From: Candidatus Micrarchaeota archaeon
GTDB taxonomy: Archaea; Micrarchaeota; Micrarchaeia; Micrarchaeales; CABMGC01
Assembly: GCA_027334165.1 (NCBI GenBank)
Contig: DAHWXM010000005.1
Coordinates: 955-64,954 of the forward strand
Reading direction: 5' to 3'
Length of the DNA stretch: 64,000 bases
Notes under the pieces: generated by a model
Told to the model about the DNA's origin: nothing
The model's input: only the letters and a program-made list of their open reading frames with translations
The model's database searches: none
Shown: one piece after another, positions 1 to 9,405 of the stretch
Layout of the letters: each line of letters starts with the position of its first letter
Numbering within the stretch: the first letter of the stretch is position 1
Position numbers and translations under genes: made by a program

Positions 1-971
1 TCATCAACTTTACCAGTCAAATCAAGCATATTGTCCACTCTGACGCCACATGGCTGCAGAATTCCAATACGCGAAAGTCTTGCCTCATATCTACACCCTT
101 CAGTGCAGATATCACGATACGCGCACGCCACGTTTGGGCAGTTGTTAATTCTAGAATCTTTAAGGTCTATAAGCGCCCCGTTTATCGAGAATACGGTGCC
201 ATTGTATGGCGATGAGTAATTCCCATGGAAATCTGCGCGTTCCAAAAGCGCCTCACTAATTTTATCTATTAACGTGTCATAACTATTTTGCAATGCGCGA
301 TCTTTTGAAAGTAATGAAAAAAACTTTATTATTATCCCTTTCTTCTCCGAAAGGGCGATGAAGGAATCCAACTCGCTAATGGTTTTAGGTCCGATAACGC
401 AATTTATGCTTGTTTTAATCCCCGTTGCGATAGCGGCATCCACCCCTCTAAGCACTATCGGAAGTGAGTCTATTCCGGTTATTTCCTTGAACGTGTCCTT
501 ATTTAGCGAGTGCAAAGAGATATTAATATTATTAAGTCCCGCGTCTTTCAATCGCTCTATCAAAGACGGATTACCTAACGTCAGCAGCGTGCCATTACTC
601 GTGATCTTAACGCTGTGTATCACTGTGCTTTCTTTTAACATTTTTACTAAAAGTACCAATTCTTTGTTTAACATTGTTGGTTCCCCATCACCTGCAATGT
701 GGGCGCGTATCTTTTTTTTCGAAGCATAGCCTATTTTCTCAACTGCCTTAAGAATCTCTATGTTTGTTAGCGCGGAACCCCTATCATTATTGAATAAATC
801 GTCATTGCATCTGGCTCCCGTAGCGTAATCGAAAATGCAATTTTCGTTACACATTCTCTTGACGATGCTCTTGCCTTCTGGCACCGTTTTATCTATTCTC
901 ACACTAAGAAAATTGTCCCTCCCGCGTTTCTCCTTTATTATATCCGCAATGCGTGTTTCCGCGTCCTCCAT
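1..971 (-). CDS. radical SAM-like enzyme (MoaA/SPASM-like); 3' end runs off the window
   Basis: My own minus-strand translation from ATG at 971: MEDAETRIADIIKEKRGRDNFLSVRIDKTVPEGKSIVKRMCNENCIFDYATGARC...AHIAGDGEPTML...ITSNGTLL...NISLHSL...CPNVACAYRDICTEGC. It is absent from the ORF track because there is no stop inside the window. The GDGEPT / SNGTLL / ISLHS motifs resemble MoaA-type radical SAM. The first Cys motif reads CxxxCxxD, not CxxxCxxC. Confidence 0.6.
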   Translation of the reverse strand, partial: MEDAETRIADIIKEKRGRDNFLSVRIDKTVPEGKSIVKRMCNENCIFDYATGARCNDDLFNNDRGSALTNIEILKAVEKIGYASKKKIRAHIAGDGEPTMLNKELVLLVKMLKESTVIHSVKITSNGTLLTLGNPSLIERLKDAGLNNINISLHSLNKDTFKEITGIDSLPIVLRGVDAAIATGIKTSINCVIGPKTISELDSFIALSEKKGIIIKFFSLLSKDRALQNSYDTLIDKISEALLERADFHGNYSSPYNGTVFSINGALIDLKDSRINNCPNVACAYRDICTEGCRYEARLSRIGILQPCGVRVDNMLDLTGKVD

Positions 972-1047
972 CACTCAGATTGGACATCATCCCCTTATAA
1001 ACTAATAAAGTTATATAAAAGTTATTATATTAATATTATAATGTATT

Positions 1048-2262
1048 ATGATGGAAAAGGATGAAACGTGCCTGAGGTACATTACAAAATCTGTACCGGA
1101 TATTGGGACGCTTAACGTTACGGAAGCAATTTCCGGAGGTAAAGTCCACGTGATGATGCCGATTACGTATCTTTCACCAAACTATCTGGCAGTGCGCTTC
1201 ATTGCTACCGCTGCTTGTTTGAGTAGACTCGGAAACAGGGTTTCAATAGTGTTAAGCGATAGCAATATACCTGCACACAGGCTTGTTTCACAAAAAGGCA
1301 ATTCCCCATATTACTTGGTAAGTGGCCGGTATGCGCAACAAATAATAGATCAAATGTCCCATCTGTTGGGCGCCTTCGAAGCTAACATGCAAAATATAAA
1401 AATACTGAAAGCATCGGATTTTTGGATTGGAATAACTGGTAATTATAGCCAGTTCGTAAGTTTTTACGAAGTATTGGGGAAGTTGAAAATTTATGCGAAG
1501 GATTTTGAAAATGGCAAATATGAAGAAGCATACCACATATTAGAAAAACCATTTACTTCATTTATTTTTCAGAACTATTCGAATTTATCAAAATCTGATT
1601 TTGGCAATCCTGATTACTTATTGTTGAACAATAAGAGCCCCGAAATGTATAGGAGAGCATCTGCATCTATGCGGGCTGGTCAAAAAGACGTGCAGGCTAT
1701 AAAGAGCATTATTGCCACTCAACATTTGCCCGTTCTGGCAAGTGATGACATATATCCTAGTTGCTACATGAGCTTAAGCGGTATAAACAAGATTATAGAA
1801 AACTGCTCGATTAGAAAGGACGACATAGATTCGATAAAGTCGCATTTCATACTGCCAATTGTAGAACTTTTGAAAAACATGGGAAAGATGCCTGATAATT
1901 ATCGCAGTACAGACATTGAAAATTCCAATGCGTTAGGTTATTCCATGCATGAAATACTCGGTATTATTTCTAAACTTATTGATTCTGTAACTATTACGCA
2001 AGAGCCTGACATAAGAATATCTTCCTCCCTGCAGGCGAACAACATCAGGAAACTTTTGTCAAGTAGGCGAGTAATCACGGTTTTGCGCTATTGTACTGGA
2101 GATTACACAACTGTTGAAATAGCCAAAAAGACAAATTTGCAAGTGAGTAACGTTAGCCTTTACATAAACAAATTGCGCGAATCAGGACTCGTATCCTCTG
2201 ACAGGCGCCCGAGATTGCTTGTGAGCAACATAGTCTTGCCGGTAAATACACTAATTTCCTGA
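1048..2262 (+). CDS. hypothetical protein: degenerate class-I aaRS-like (TyrRS/TrpRS-like) N-terminal region + C-terminal winged HTH
   Basis: 404-aa ORF. The C-terminus VITVLRYCTGDYTTVEIAKKTNLQVSNVSLYINKLRESGLV is a typical wHTH. The N-terminus KVHVMMPITYLSPNYLAVRFIATAACLSRLGNRVSIVLSDSNIPAH aligns by eye with the HIGH-region strand-helix-strand of archaeal TyrRS, but HIGH and KMSKS are not conserved. The gene is markedly AT-rich. Confidence 0.5.
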   Translation: MMEKDETCLRYITKSVPDIGTLNVTEAISGGKVHVMMPITYLSPNYLAVRFIATAACLSRLGNRVSIVLSDSNIPAHRLVSQKGNSPYYLVSGRYAQQIIDQMSHLLGAFEANMQNIKILKASDFWIGITGNYSQFVSFYEVLGKLKIYAKDFENGKYEEAYHILEKPFTSFIFQNYSNLSKSDFGNPDYLLLNNKSPEMYRRASASMRAGQKDVQAIKSIIATQHLPVLASDDIYPSCYMSLSGINKIIENCSIRKDDIDSIKSHFILPIVELLKNMGKMPDNYRSTDIENSNALGYSMHEILGIISKLIDSVTITQEPDIRISSSLQANNIRKLLSSRRVITVLRYCTGDYTTVEIAKKTNLQVSNVSLYINKLRESGLVSSDRRPRLLVSNIVLPVNTLIS

Positions 2263-2282
2263 ATAGAGGAAAGGTTCTTAAT

Positions 2283-2747
2283 TTGTCAAATCTATTACCT
2301 AACATGGAATCAAATCCGACGCGTCCAGAACCAGTTGTAGGGCTCTATGTAACATATAAGGGCAGGATTGTGATGGTAAAGGGTCCTAAGTGGAACGGAT
2401 GGCGAGTCCCCGGTGGGCACATTGAATACGGGGAGGACATGTTTGATGCCGCAAGAAGGGAAGCAAAAGAGGAACTCGGGATAAACGTGATCCCAAAGGG
2501 TCTTATGGGTGTGGCACAGGCCATAAAACCTATGGACTTCAGGAAACAGGAAAAACATTTCATTTTCTTCGAGATACTTTGTGAGGCCGAGACAGACAAA
2601 CTTGTACTAGAAGAGCGAGAGATATCTGAATACAAGTGGGTTGCACTTGCAGACGCTGCAAATATGTTTGAATCTCCAATATCTAAAGCCGTAATAAGCA
2701 ATTACCTAAAATCCGGGGATGTCGACCGGTTCATAAAAGTGCTCTAG
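2283..2747 (+). CDS. Nudix hydrolase
   Basis: Complete Nudix box GGHIEYGEDMFDAARREAKEELGI (Gx5Ex7REUxEExGU). The start may be the ATG at 2304. Confidence 0.85.
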   Translation: MSNLLPNMESNPTRPEPVVGLYVTYKGRIVMVKGPKWNGWRVPGGHIEYGEDMFDAARREAKEELGINVIPKGLMGVAQAIKPMDFRKQEKHFIFFEILCEAETDKLVLEEREISEYKWVALADAANMFESPISKAVISNYLKSGDVDRFIKVL

Positions 2748-2964
2748 CCTACTCCTACAATTGAAATTAGGCACGCCATAGTCCGATGCTGGCATCCGCG
2801 CCATTCCTCTGCATCATGCAGAACACTCTGTCACTTCGTAGAGCCATTGCAGTGGGCGTATGGCCGTATCGATTCGAAGCCAGCCATCGGAACTTCTAGA
2901 GATCATTACCCGCTTTTACCTGCAGAATATGGCTCCCGCGTCCTTCGCATCCGAGTCAGCCGGA

Positions 2965-4014
2965 TCATGCTTCCCCGCTCGCGGCCTTCTCGTCCCATAC
3001 CACGGTGTCGTATTCCTTTGCCGTGTTCACCGTCCTTATGGGCAGCCTGCCTAAGAGGATGCGCTCTATCTGTCCGTACTCCACCCTGGCACGCTCCGGT
3101 TTCAGCACCTCCTTGTAATACTTTACCTGCCTCTTGTACGCGGTGTTGTAATCATCAAAGACGCCCATCGCGGCGAAGTCATAGCTGCCTATCAGCTGCG
3201 AGCAGAGGATGTACCTGCTTATGAGTGGGTTGTCTTCATCAGCTTTGTACTCCCTCCTTGTCTTCTGCATGTCCTGCTCGAAGGTCTTCGGCAGAACGTA
3301 CTTTCCGAAGTGGACCATCACGGCAACGTCTTTCGGTATTGACATGGCGATGGTGAATCTCTTCACGTAGTTCATCTTCATCAGCTTCCAGAACTCATAG
3401 GAGACGGTGTTGAAGTGCATGTCCATTTCCTTCGATATCTCCTGGAAGCTTGCCCGCGCGTTCCTGTTCAGGTGCAGGAGCAGATTCTTGTACTTTGGCT
3501 TCAGGTTTGCGGCTTCGATAAGTTTGTTCCGGATAGGGAAGAAGCCGAGTTGCCTGTGAGCTATCTCTGATGGATGCCACATAACATTGTAATCTGCCAG
3601 GGCCACCTGCGTGCCCTTATCCCAGCGCACGTACTCCTGCCTTGAAGGGGCGTTCGCGTATATCAGCATGTCGAACGTGCCTCTCACCTGCGCTACCATC
3701 TGCGGTACGCGCGAGGCGGATAGGAGCTTGCCTATCTCGTCGAAATCAGGTTTATCCTCAAACTTGACCGCTATAAGGTGCTGGTTGGAGAAACCGAGCG
3801 CATCCTCGTTCAGCTCCGGTACATAGTTTATGTCCAGTTCCCCCTCAAGCCGCTTTATCCGCGTTGCAATAGACCTGCGGGATACGTTAAGTTCCTTGGA
3901 AATGCTGGTCAGTGATGCGCGTGAATCCTCCGACAGCATGCGCAGTATCCGCTTGGATACTGTGTTGTAGCGCTGGTTGTACCTGCTGGTGAAGTCCCTC
4001 CCCAAAGATTCCAC
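2965..4014 (-). CDS. Lrp/AsnC-type transcriptional regulator with two HTH modules
   Basis: Two HTH_AsnC-like segments: ILRMLSEDSRASLTSISKELNVSRRSIATRIKRLEGE and LLLHLNRNARASFQEISKEMDMHFNTVSYEFWKL. Confidence 0.7.
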   Translation of the reverse strand: MESLGRDFTSRYNQRYNTVSKRILRMLSEDSRASLTSISKELNVSRRSIATRIKRLEGELDINYVPELNEDALGFSNQHLIAVKFEDKPDFDEIGKLLSASRVPQMVAQVRGTFDMLIYANAPSRQEYVRWDKGTQVALADYNVMWHPSEIAHRQLGFFPIRNKLIEAANLKPKYKNLLLHLNRNARASFQEISKEMDMHFNTVSYEFWKLMKMNYVKRFTIAMSIPKDVAVMVHFGKYVLPKTFEQDMQKTRREYKADEDNPLISRYILCSQLIGSYDFAAMGVFDDYNTAYKRQVKYYKEVLKPERARVEYGQIERILLGRLPIRTVNTAKEYDTVVWDEKAASGEA

Positions 4015-4101
4015 GCTTATATAATCACTGAAAGGCTTTTAACAGTTTCCGAAATAACAGCAATTCCTGGTATTTTTTAACATTTCTAATATGTTTAAAA
4101 A

Positions 4102-5421
4102 GTGCGGCGCGGAAGAGTCTCAGATGCAATGAACATAAGGTCGCGCGCAAGCATATTCCTATACACATCATTATTCTCGGGCGCATCATTCCCTGTGCTG
4201 CTGTACTTCCTAAGGGGAATAAACATCTCCGAACTGTTCTTTCTGGTTTTCCTGTTCAACGTCCCATCCGCTCTTTTCTTTGTCCTCGCATCCGGAAGGA
4301 AGGACATACTGCTTTCGTACCTGAAGAACAGGAAGACGTTGTTAATGATCGGCATAACTGGCGTGCTGATTTATGTGCCAACCGAGATGCTCATAGGGTA
4401 TGCCGAGCACTACGTGAGCGCCTCGCTCGCGACGGTCGTGTTCCGCACGTCCCCTCTCCTCATGCTGCTTCTTCTCCCGACCGTGCTGCGCGAGAGGCTT
4501 ACCAAGGCCCAGATCGTTGCGCTGATGCTCGGATTCATCGGGATATACGTGGCCATTACTTCCGGAAACGTTTCGTCAGTGCTGTCCGGAACGCACGGCA
4601 CCGACTACGCGATAATCGCAATGCTTCTCGTGGCTGCATTCTCGTACGCGCTCTCATCCGTTCTTGTAAAGAGATACGTTTTCGACATGCAGAGCTCACT
4701 CTTCATATACAGCGTCTTCATGCTTGCAATATCCGGCATATCGTTCGCGGCAAGCGGCTTCCCCCTCTCACACATAAGCATTCCCGAGATGGCGCTCATA
4801 CTCTACGCCGGTATCGTGTACAACGTGTACAGCTTCTACATCTACTTCTACGCGTTCAGGATACTCAAGACAACGTTTTCTACAAATCTTTACTTCCTTT
4901 CTCCGTTCATAACCTTCGTGTTCGCCTATCTGGTGCTCGGCGAAGCGATAAAGCCGTATTATCTTGTGATAGGTGCGCTCGTGAGCATAGGCATACTCAT
5001 TCAGAGGCTCGATGTTATCGGGGGCACGTATCGCGTCAGGAGGGCGTCTTCAGGGCTTAGAAATTCCGTCCTTTTCGACGTTACCGGCGCGTTTGCGGAC
5101 ACCGGTGAGGTCGCGATACGCAATACCCTTTCCGGAGGGGGCAGGGTGATAGCGCTAAAGGTTGACGGGAGGCACGCAGACGCAGTGCACGGATTCGTGT
5201 CGGAGAGCGGGATGCCGGGAATCTTCACGGACAGGCACGACAGGATAGTGCGCGAGGCGGAGTTCGTTCGCGGCGTTGTCGAGGCCGGCGAAAACGACCT
5301 CGTTGTAATGAAGGCCGGTCCTTCGGACGAGGCTGAGCGGTTTTTCGCAGACCTGAAGTCGAGGATAAATGGAATCCCGGAAGCTTCAGAGAGCAACGGT
5401 TCTCTAAATAACAAAGAATGA
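4102..5421 (+). CDS. DMT/EamA-family transporter with a ~130-aa soluble C-terminal extension
   Basis: About 10 hydrophobic helices in two EamA-like halves (e.g. FAYLVLGEAIKPYYLVIGALVSIGILIQRL). A non-hydrophobic tail follows with no motif I recognise. The start may be the internal ATG (MNIRSRAS). Confidence 0.7.
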   Translation: MRRGRVSDAMNIRSRASIFLYTSLFSGASFPVLLYFLRGINISELFFLVFLFNVPSALFFVLASGRKDILLSYLKNRKTLLMIGITGVLIYVPTEMLIGYAEHYVSASLATVVFRTSPLLMLLLLPTVLRERLTKAQIVALMLGFIGIYVAITSGNVSSVLSGTHGTDYAIIAMLLVAAFSYALSSVLVKRYVFDMQSSLFIYSVFMLAISGISFAASGFPLSHISIPEMALILYAGIVYNVYSFYIYFYAFRILKTTFSTNLYFLSPFITFVFAYLVLGEAIKPYYLVIGALVSIGILIQRLDVIGGTYRVRRASSGLRNSVLFDVTGAFADTGEVAIRNTLSGGGRVIALKVDGRHADAVHGFVSESGMPGIFTDRHDRIVREAEFVRGVVEAGENDLVVMKAGPSDEAERFFADLKSRINGIPEASESNGSLNNKE

Positions 5422-5454
5422 CAATATTATTTTGATTTTCAGCACGCTATTTAA

Positions 5455-5649
5455 ATGAGAAGCGCGGTATTCGATGTGATTGGTATGTCAAGCGGAAATG
5501 CTGTTGAGGCCGAAATCCAGAGGCACGGAAGTGCAGGTTCGAGTGGAAGCGCCAATGTTATGGAAGGCCATTACGCGTGCTGGATGTGCGGCAGCGAATT
5601 CGGCTCGCCAGCAGACTTCCTGTGGCACATACGCTCCTGCCGGGACTAA
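5455..5649 (+). CDS. small C2HC zinc-finger protein
   Basis: YACWMCGSEFGSPADFLWHIRSC fits CxxC-x12-H-x3-C. TATTTAAA lies at 5448-5455, so a leaderless start at the internal ATG 5485 (MSSGNAV...) is at least as likely. Confidence 0.4.
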   Translation: MRSAVFDVIGMSSGNAVEAEIQRHGSAGSSGSANVMEGHYACWMCGSEFGSPADFLWHIRSCRD

Positions 5650-5842
5650 TTCCGCCGGCGTTTAGCCGCGCCATCAGCATCATCAGTACCGGATGCGAAT
5701 GCTATTTATACCTTACTGCGCATTATACTAGACTAGGGCAACGCTGAGCATGTGCTCGCTGCGCGTGAGCACGAACCGTGCTTTGCGAAGCTTTTGGAGC
5801 AGCACACGCCGGTGCGTTCTGCTTCATACGGACGTGATTTCA

Positions 5843-6388
5843 ATGAAACTCAGACCAGCGCGATCAATAAGGGGCATAAGGAGCCAGGCATGGGCAAGGT
5901 ATTCGGTCAAGAAGCCGAGGAAGAACTACATAAAGGCGCTTCCTCACACAAGCCTGCTGGTATTCCAGATGGGCAACAACAAGTCGAACTACGACCTCGA
6001 ACTGTCGCTAATATCTGACCAGCAGGTGAACCTGCGGTCGAACACCCTCGAGGCCGCAAGGCAGGTCGCAAACAAGTATTTGGAGCGCGAACTGCTCTCC
6101 AACTATTTCCTGAAAATAATGCCTTATCCTCACATAGTGATAAGGGAAAAGAAGAGGGCAACAGGCGCCGGTGCAGACCGTATCTCCCAGGGTATGTCCC
6201 TATCCTTTGGCAGCCCGTCCTCAGTGGCCGCAAGGGTTCAGAAGGGACAGACCGTATTCAAGCTCAAGACCCAGAGCTCAAACAAGAACGTCGCGCGCGA
6301 GGCGCTCAGCAGGGCATCCAAGAAGCTGTCGGGCACTTACACTATAACGCTCAAGCAGATGCAGCCCGCAGGACAGATCCTGAATTGA
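5843..6388 (+). CDS. rpl10e: 50S ribosomal protein L10e (uL16)
   Basis: MKLRPARSIRGIRSQAWARYSVKKPRKNYIKALP...FQMGN matches the archaeal L10e N-terminus (M.LRP.R.YR). I trimmed the track ORF 5750..6388 to the internal ATG at 5843. Confidence 0.9.
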   Translation: MKLRPARSIRGIRSQAWARYSVKKPRKNYIKALPHTSLLVFQMGNNKSNYDLELSLISDQQVNLRSNTLEAARQVANKYLERELLSNYFLKIMPYPHIVIREKKRATGAGADRISQGMSLSFGSPSSVAARVQKGQTVFKLKTQSSNKNVAREALSRASKKLSGTYTITLKQMQPAGQILN

Positions 6389-6424
6389 GGCCAAAGCATC
6401 GCACGCGCGCGATTGGTAATATCA

Positions 6425-7891
6425 ATGGTCGTCAACGAGACCGGCATAAACGAGATAGTCGATCGCAGGCTTTTCTACTATCCTGGCTTTTCGATATACA
6501 ATGAGCTTGGCGGATTCTACGACTACGGACCCATAGGGCTCAGGATAAAGAGGAACATAGAGTCGGCATGGCGCAGGCTCTTTGTTGAAAGACTCGGCTC
6601 GCTCGAGATTGAATCTACAACAATACTCCCCGAGGCCGTGCTCAAGGCGAGTGGCCACGTGGCGACGTTCACCGATCCAATAGCGTCATGCGTTAAGTGC
6701 GGCACCGCGTACCGCATAGACAAGCTCCTCGAGGAGTTCTACGAGAAGATGAAGGACACCGCTAGCCTAAACGCGGTGAAGAAGCTATCGATAGAGGAGA
6801 TGGAAGACAGGATAGACGAGAACGAGATAGCATGCGAGAAGTGCGGTGGCAGGCTAACCAAGGTGGAGCGCTTCAACCTGATGTTCAGGACAAACATCGG
6901 CCAGAAGGGCGAGACCGCGTATTTGCGCCCTGAAACGGCACAAGGCGTCTTCCTGGACTTCAAGGACATATTCCGCTCGTACGGGCTAAAGCTTCCGTCA
7001 CCGATATGCCAGGTCGGCAAGGCTTACAGGAATGAGATATCGCCCAGGCAGAGGCTGGTGCGAATGCGCGAGTTCACTCAGATGGAGACGGAGCTATTCT
7101 TCGATCCCGAAAAGGATCAGTCGGAGCTAAACCGCACGCGCATGGATGACATACTCGACACAACGGTCAGGTTTGTGGAGGCAGGTCAGGAGATCGTGCT
7201 GGAGCAGAGCCTCCGTGACCTTGTCAGGAGCGGACTGGTGCCAAACAATTACTTCGCCATGATGCTTCACCTTGAGAAGAGGCTGCTCGCCCACTTGGGC
7301 ATAAGCGATGAGAAGTATAGGTTCAGGCAGCTTGAGAAGGAGGAGCTTCCCCACTACTCAAAGGGTAACGTGGACCTTGAGATCTCTACCGAGTACGGCT
7401 ACATAGAGGTTGCAGGAAACGCGTACCGCGGGGATTACGACCTCTCGGCTCATGCCAAGCTGTCCGGCAGCGACATGAGCGTCGTGAATGACGGGAAGAA
7501 GGTCGTGCCGCACGTCATAGAGGCAAGTATAGGCCTGGACCGCATGCTGCTCGCGATGCTATCCAACGCCATAACCGACGACCAGCGCGGGTGGCCGTGG
7601 CTCAACCTGCCGAGGCAGGTGGCGCCTTACGCGTACGCCATATTCCCGCTGCAAAAAGACACGAAGATACTCGAAACCGCATTCTCCCTCTACCAGCGCA
7701 TGGTGGATTCCGGGGTGCAGTGCTACTACTCCGAATCCGGAAGCATAGGGAAGAGGTACGCCAAGGCAGACGAGATGGGCGTGATGCACTGCGTCACCAT
7801 AGACTTCCAGAGCATTGAGGATGGCACAGCAACGATAAGGGACAGGAACACTACAAAGCAGGAAAGAAAGCCCATCGGTGAGATAAAGTGA
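6425..7891 (+). CDS. glyS: glycyl-tRNA synthetase (archaeal/eukaryal class II type)
   Basis: RRLFYYPGFSIYNELGGFYDYGPIGLRIKRNIESAWRRLFV, plus class II motifs (FRNEISPR, GIGLDR-type IGLDRMLLAM). An alternative TTG start lies at 6413. Confidence 0.9.
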   Translation: MVVNETGINEIVDRRLFYYPGFSIYNELGGFYDYGPIGLRIKRNIESAWRRLFVERLGSLEIESTTILPEAVLKASGHVATFTDPIASCVKCGTAYRIDKLLEEFYEKMKDTASLNAVKKLSIEEMEDRIDENEIACEKCGGRLTKVERFNLMFRTNIGQKGETAYLRPETAQGVFLDFKDIFRSYGLKLPSPICQVGKAYRNEISPRQRLVRMREFTQMETELFFDPEKDQSELNRTRMDDILDTTVRFVEAGQEIVLEQSLRDLVRSGLVPNNYFAMMLHLEKRLLAHLGISDEKYRFRQLEKEELPHYSKGNVDLEISTEYGYIEVAGNAYRGDYDLSAHAKLSGSDMSVVNDGKKVVPHVIEASIGLDRMLLAMLSNAITDDQRGWPWLNLPRQVAPYAYAIFPLQKDTKILETAFSLYQRMVDSGVQCYYSESGSIGKRYAKADEMGVMHCVTIDFQSIEDGTATIRDRNTTKQERKPIGEIK

Positions 7892-8766
7892 TTCGCGTAG
7901 CGGATTTCGATCTGCAGCTCACCGTGATGAGCGGGCAGCCGCTCGCGTTCCACTCGGACTGCTCCTTCGGTAATGTTCAGAACACGGTATCGTACGTCAC
8001 ATCTAGCGGCGTCATAAGCGTTAAGCAAACCGGAACTAGCCTGTCCGGCGCGCTAGAATACTCGTACGGCGGCGAATACACGGACGGGTCGGCCCGCGCA
8101 GAAATAATCCGGCGCTTTGGCCTTGACCATGACCTACCCTCAATCTATTCTCGGATCGGCACGGACGACCTGATGAAGGAGGCGGTATCGCAACTCCACG
8201 GCCTGCGCATAACGCGCAATGACCCTTGGGAAACGCTGCTGTGCTTCATTGTCTCACAGTTCAATAACATAAAGAGGATACGCAACACCACACGCATGTT
8301 CATATCGCGATTCGGAGAAGGCATCGACACCACCAGCGGAAAGCGTTTTCCTGGGCCAGAGCGGTTCGCGAACGCGAGCCTGAGCTCCATACGCGCGTGC
8401 GGAACCGGTTTTCGCGACGTTTACATCAAGAAAGCCGCGAAGGCATGCAGCATGGATTTCGATCTATCGGAGCTCGGATCGTATCCATACGCAGAGGCCA
8501 AGGCCATGCTAATGGGGCTGCCCGGGGTGGGAGACAAGGTTGCCGATTGCGTCCTTCTATTTGGCTATGGGAAGCTTGAGGCATTTCCAATAGACACATG
8601 GGTTAAAAAGACGGTTGAGTCATTGTACTTCAAGGGCAGCAATATGCCCATAAGGAAGATACACGAATTCGCCTACGAGCAATGGGGAGATATGCGCGGC
8701 TACGCGCAGCAGTACCTGTTCTGGCACGGACGCGAATCGGGATTCGGAGGAAGATTGGATGCTTGA
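7888..8766 (+). CDS. ogg: 8-oxoguanine DNA glycosylase / AP lyase (OGG family, HhH-GPD)
   Basis: HhH-GPD motif LPGVGDKVADCVLLFGYGKLEAFPIDTWV and N-terminal LTVMSGQPLAFH. The GTG start overlaps the glyS stop (GTGA). Confidence 0.75.
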   Translation: MIRVADFDLQLTVMSGQPLAFHSDCSFGNVQNTVSYVTSSGVISVKQTGTSLSGALEYSYGGEYTDGSARAEIIRRFGLDHDLPSIYSRIGTDDLMKEAVSQLHGLRITRNDPWETLLCFIVSQFNNIKRIRNTTRMFISRFGEGIDTTSGKRFPGPERFANASLSSIRACGTGFRDVYIKKAAKACSMDFDLSELGSYPYAEAKAMLMGLPGVGDKVADCVLLFGYGKLEAFPIDTWVKKTVESLYFKGSNMPIRKIHEFAYEQWGDMRGYAQQYLFWHGRESGFGGRLDA

Positions 8767-9319
8767 GGACAAGGATAGGATCGAAAAGAGGATACTTGAG
8801 CTGGAATCCAGCATGGATGCGGTGATGCAGCAGTCGCGCACTATAATACGCACTGCCGCAAAGCTCATAACCGCGATGCACGCGAAACGCATGGACGAGG
8901 CATGCGAAGGCCTGCAGAAGCTGAAGTCTGCAAACGCGAATCTGAAGAAATCCGAACGCGGCTTCGAGCACTACTCGCTTCAGGCACACCAGGAATACTC
9001 TGAGGCCGAGATATTATACCGGATACTAACCACCGGAAAGGTACCATCTGCAAGCCAGGTCGGGGAGGACGAGATCGCGTATCTGCTCGGTCTCATGGAC
9101 GTGGTTGGGGAACTGAAGCGCGAAGCATTCGACTCGATGCGTGACAAGGACGTAAAGAAGGCAGAGCTGTATTACGGCATAATGCTTGACATATACGATT
9201 CCACGATATCATTCAGGTCGTCATCGGCCGTCCTTCCCGACTTCCGCAGAAAGCAGGACGTCGCGCGCATACAGATAGAGAGCACCATCGGGGAGCTCGT
9301 AAGGAGAGACATCAAATGA
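8759..9319 (+). CDS. translin-family protein (COG2178-like)
   Basis: Helical protein with AYLLGLMDVVGELKREA, the Y.lGl.D..GEl.R signature of archaeal translin-like proteins. It overlaps ogg by 8 nt. Confidence 0.65.
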   Translation: MLEDKDRIEKRILELESSMDAVMQQSRTIIRTAAKLITAMHAKRMDEACEGLQKLKSANANLKKSERGFEHYSLQAHQEYSEAEILYRILTTGKVPSASQVGEDEIAYLLGLMDVVGELKREAFDSMRDKDVKKAELYYGIMLDIYDSTISFRSSSAVLPDFRRKQDVARIQIESTIGELVRRDIK

Positions 9320-9405
9320 CGCTATGCTGCGTCATGATGTCTTTCAAGAACAGCAAGACATTTAAATATCTACTCTCTATTACTTCAATAAAAGACTGTG
9401 ATAAA

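Noticed and set aside
5750-5842. Upstream 31 codons of the L10e ORF
   Set aside because: Archaeal L10e proteins begin M.LRPxRxxR, which is found at ATG 5843. The upstream residues (MCSLRVSTNRALRSF...) have no counterpart.
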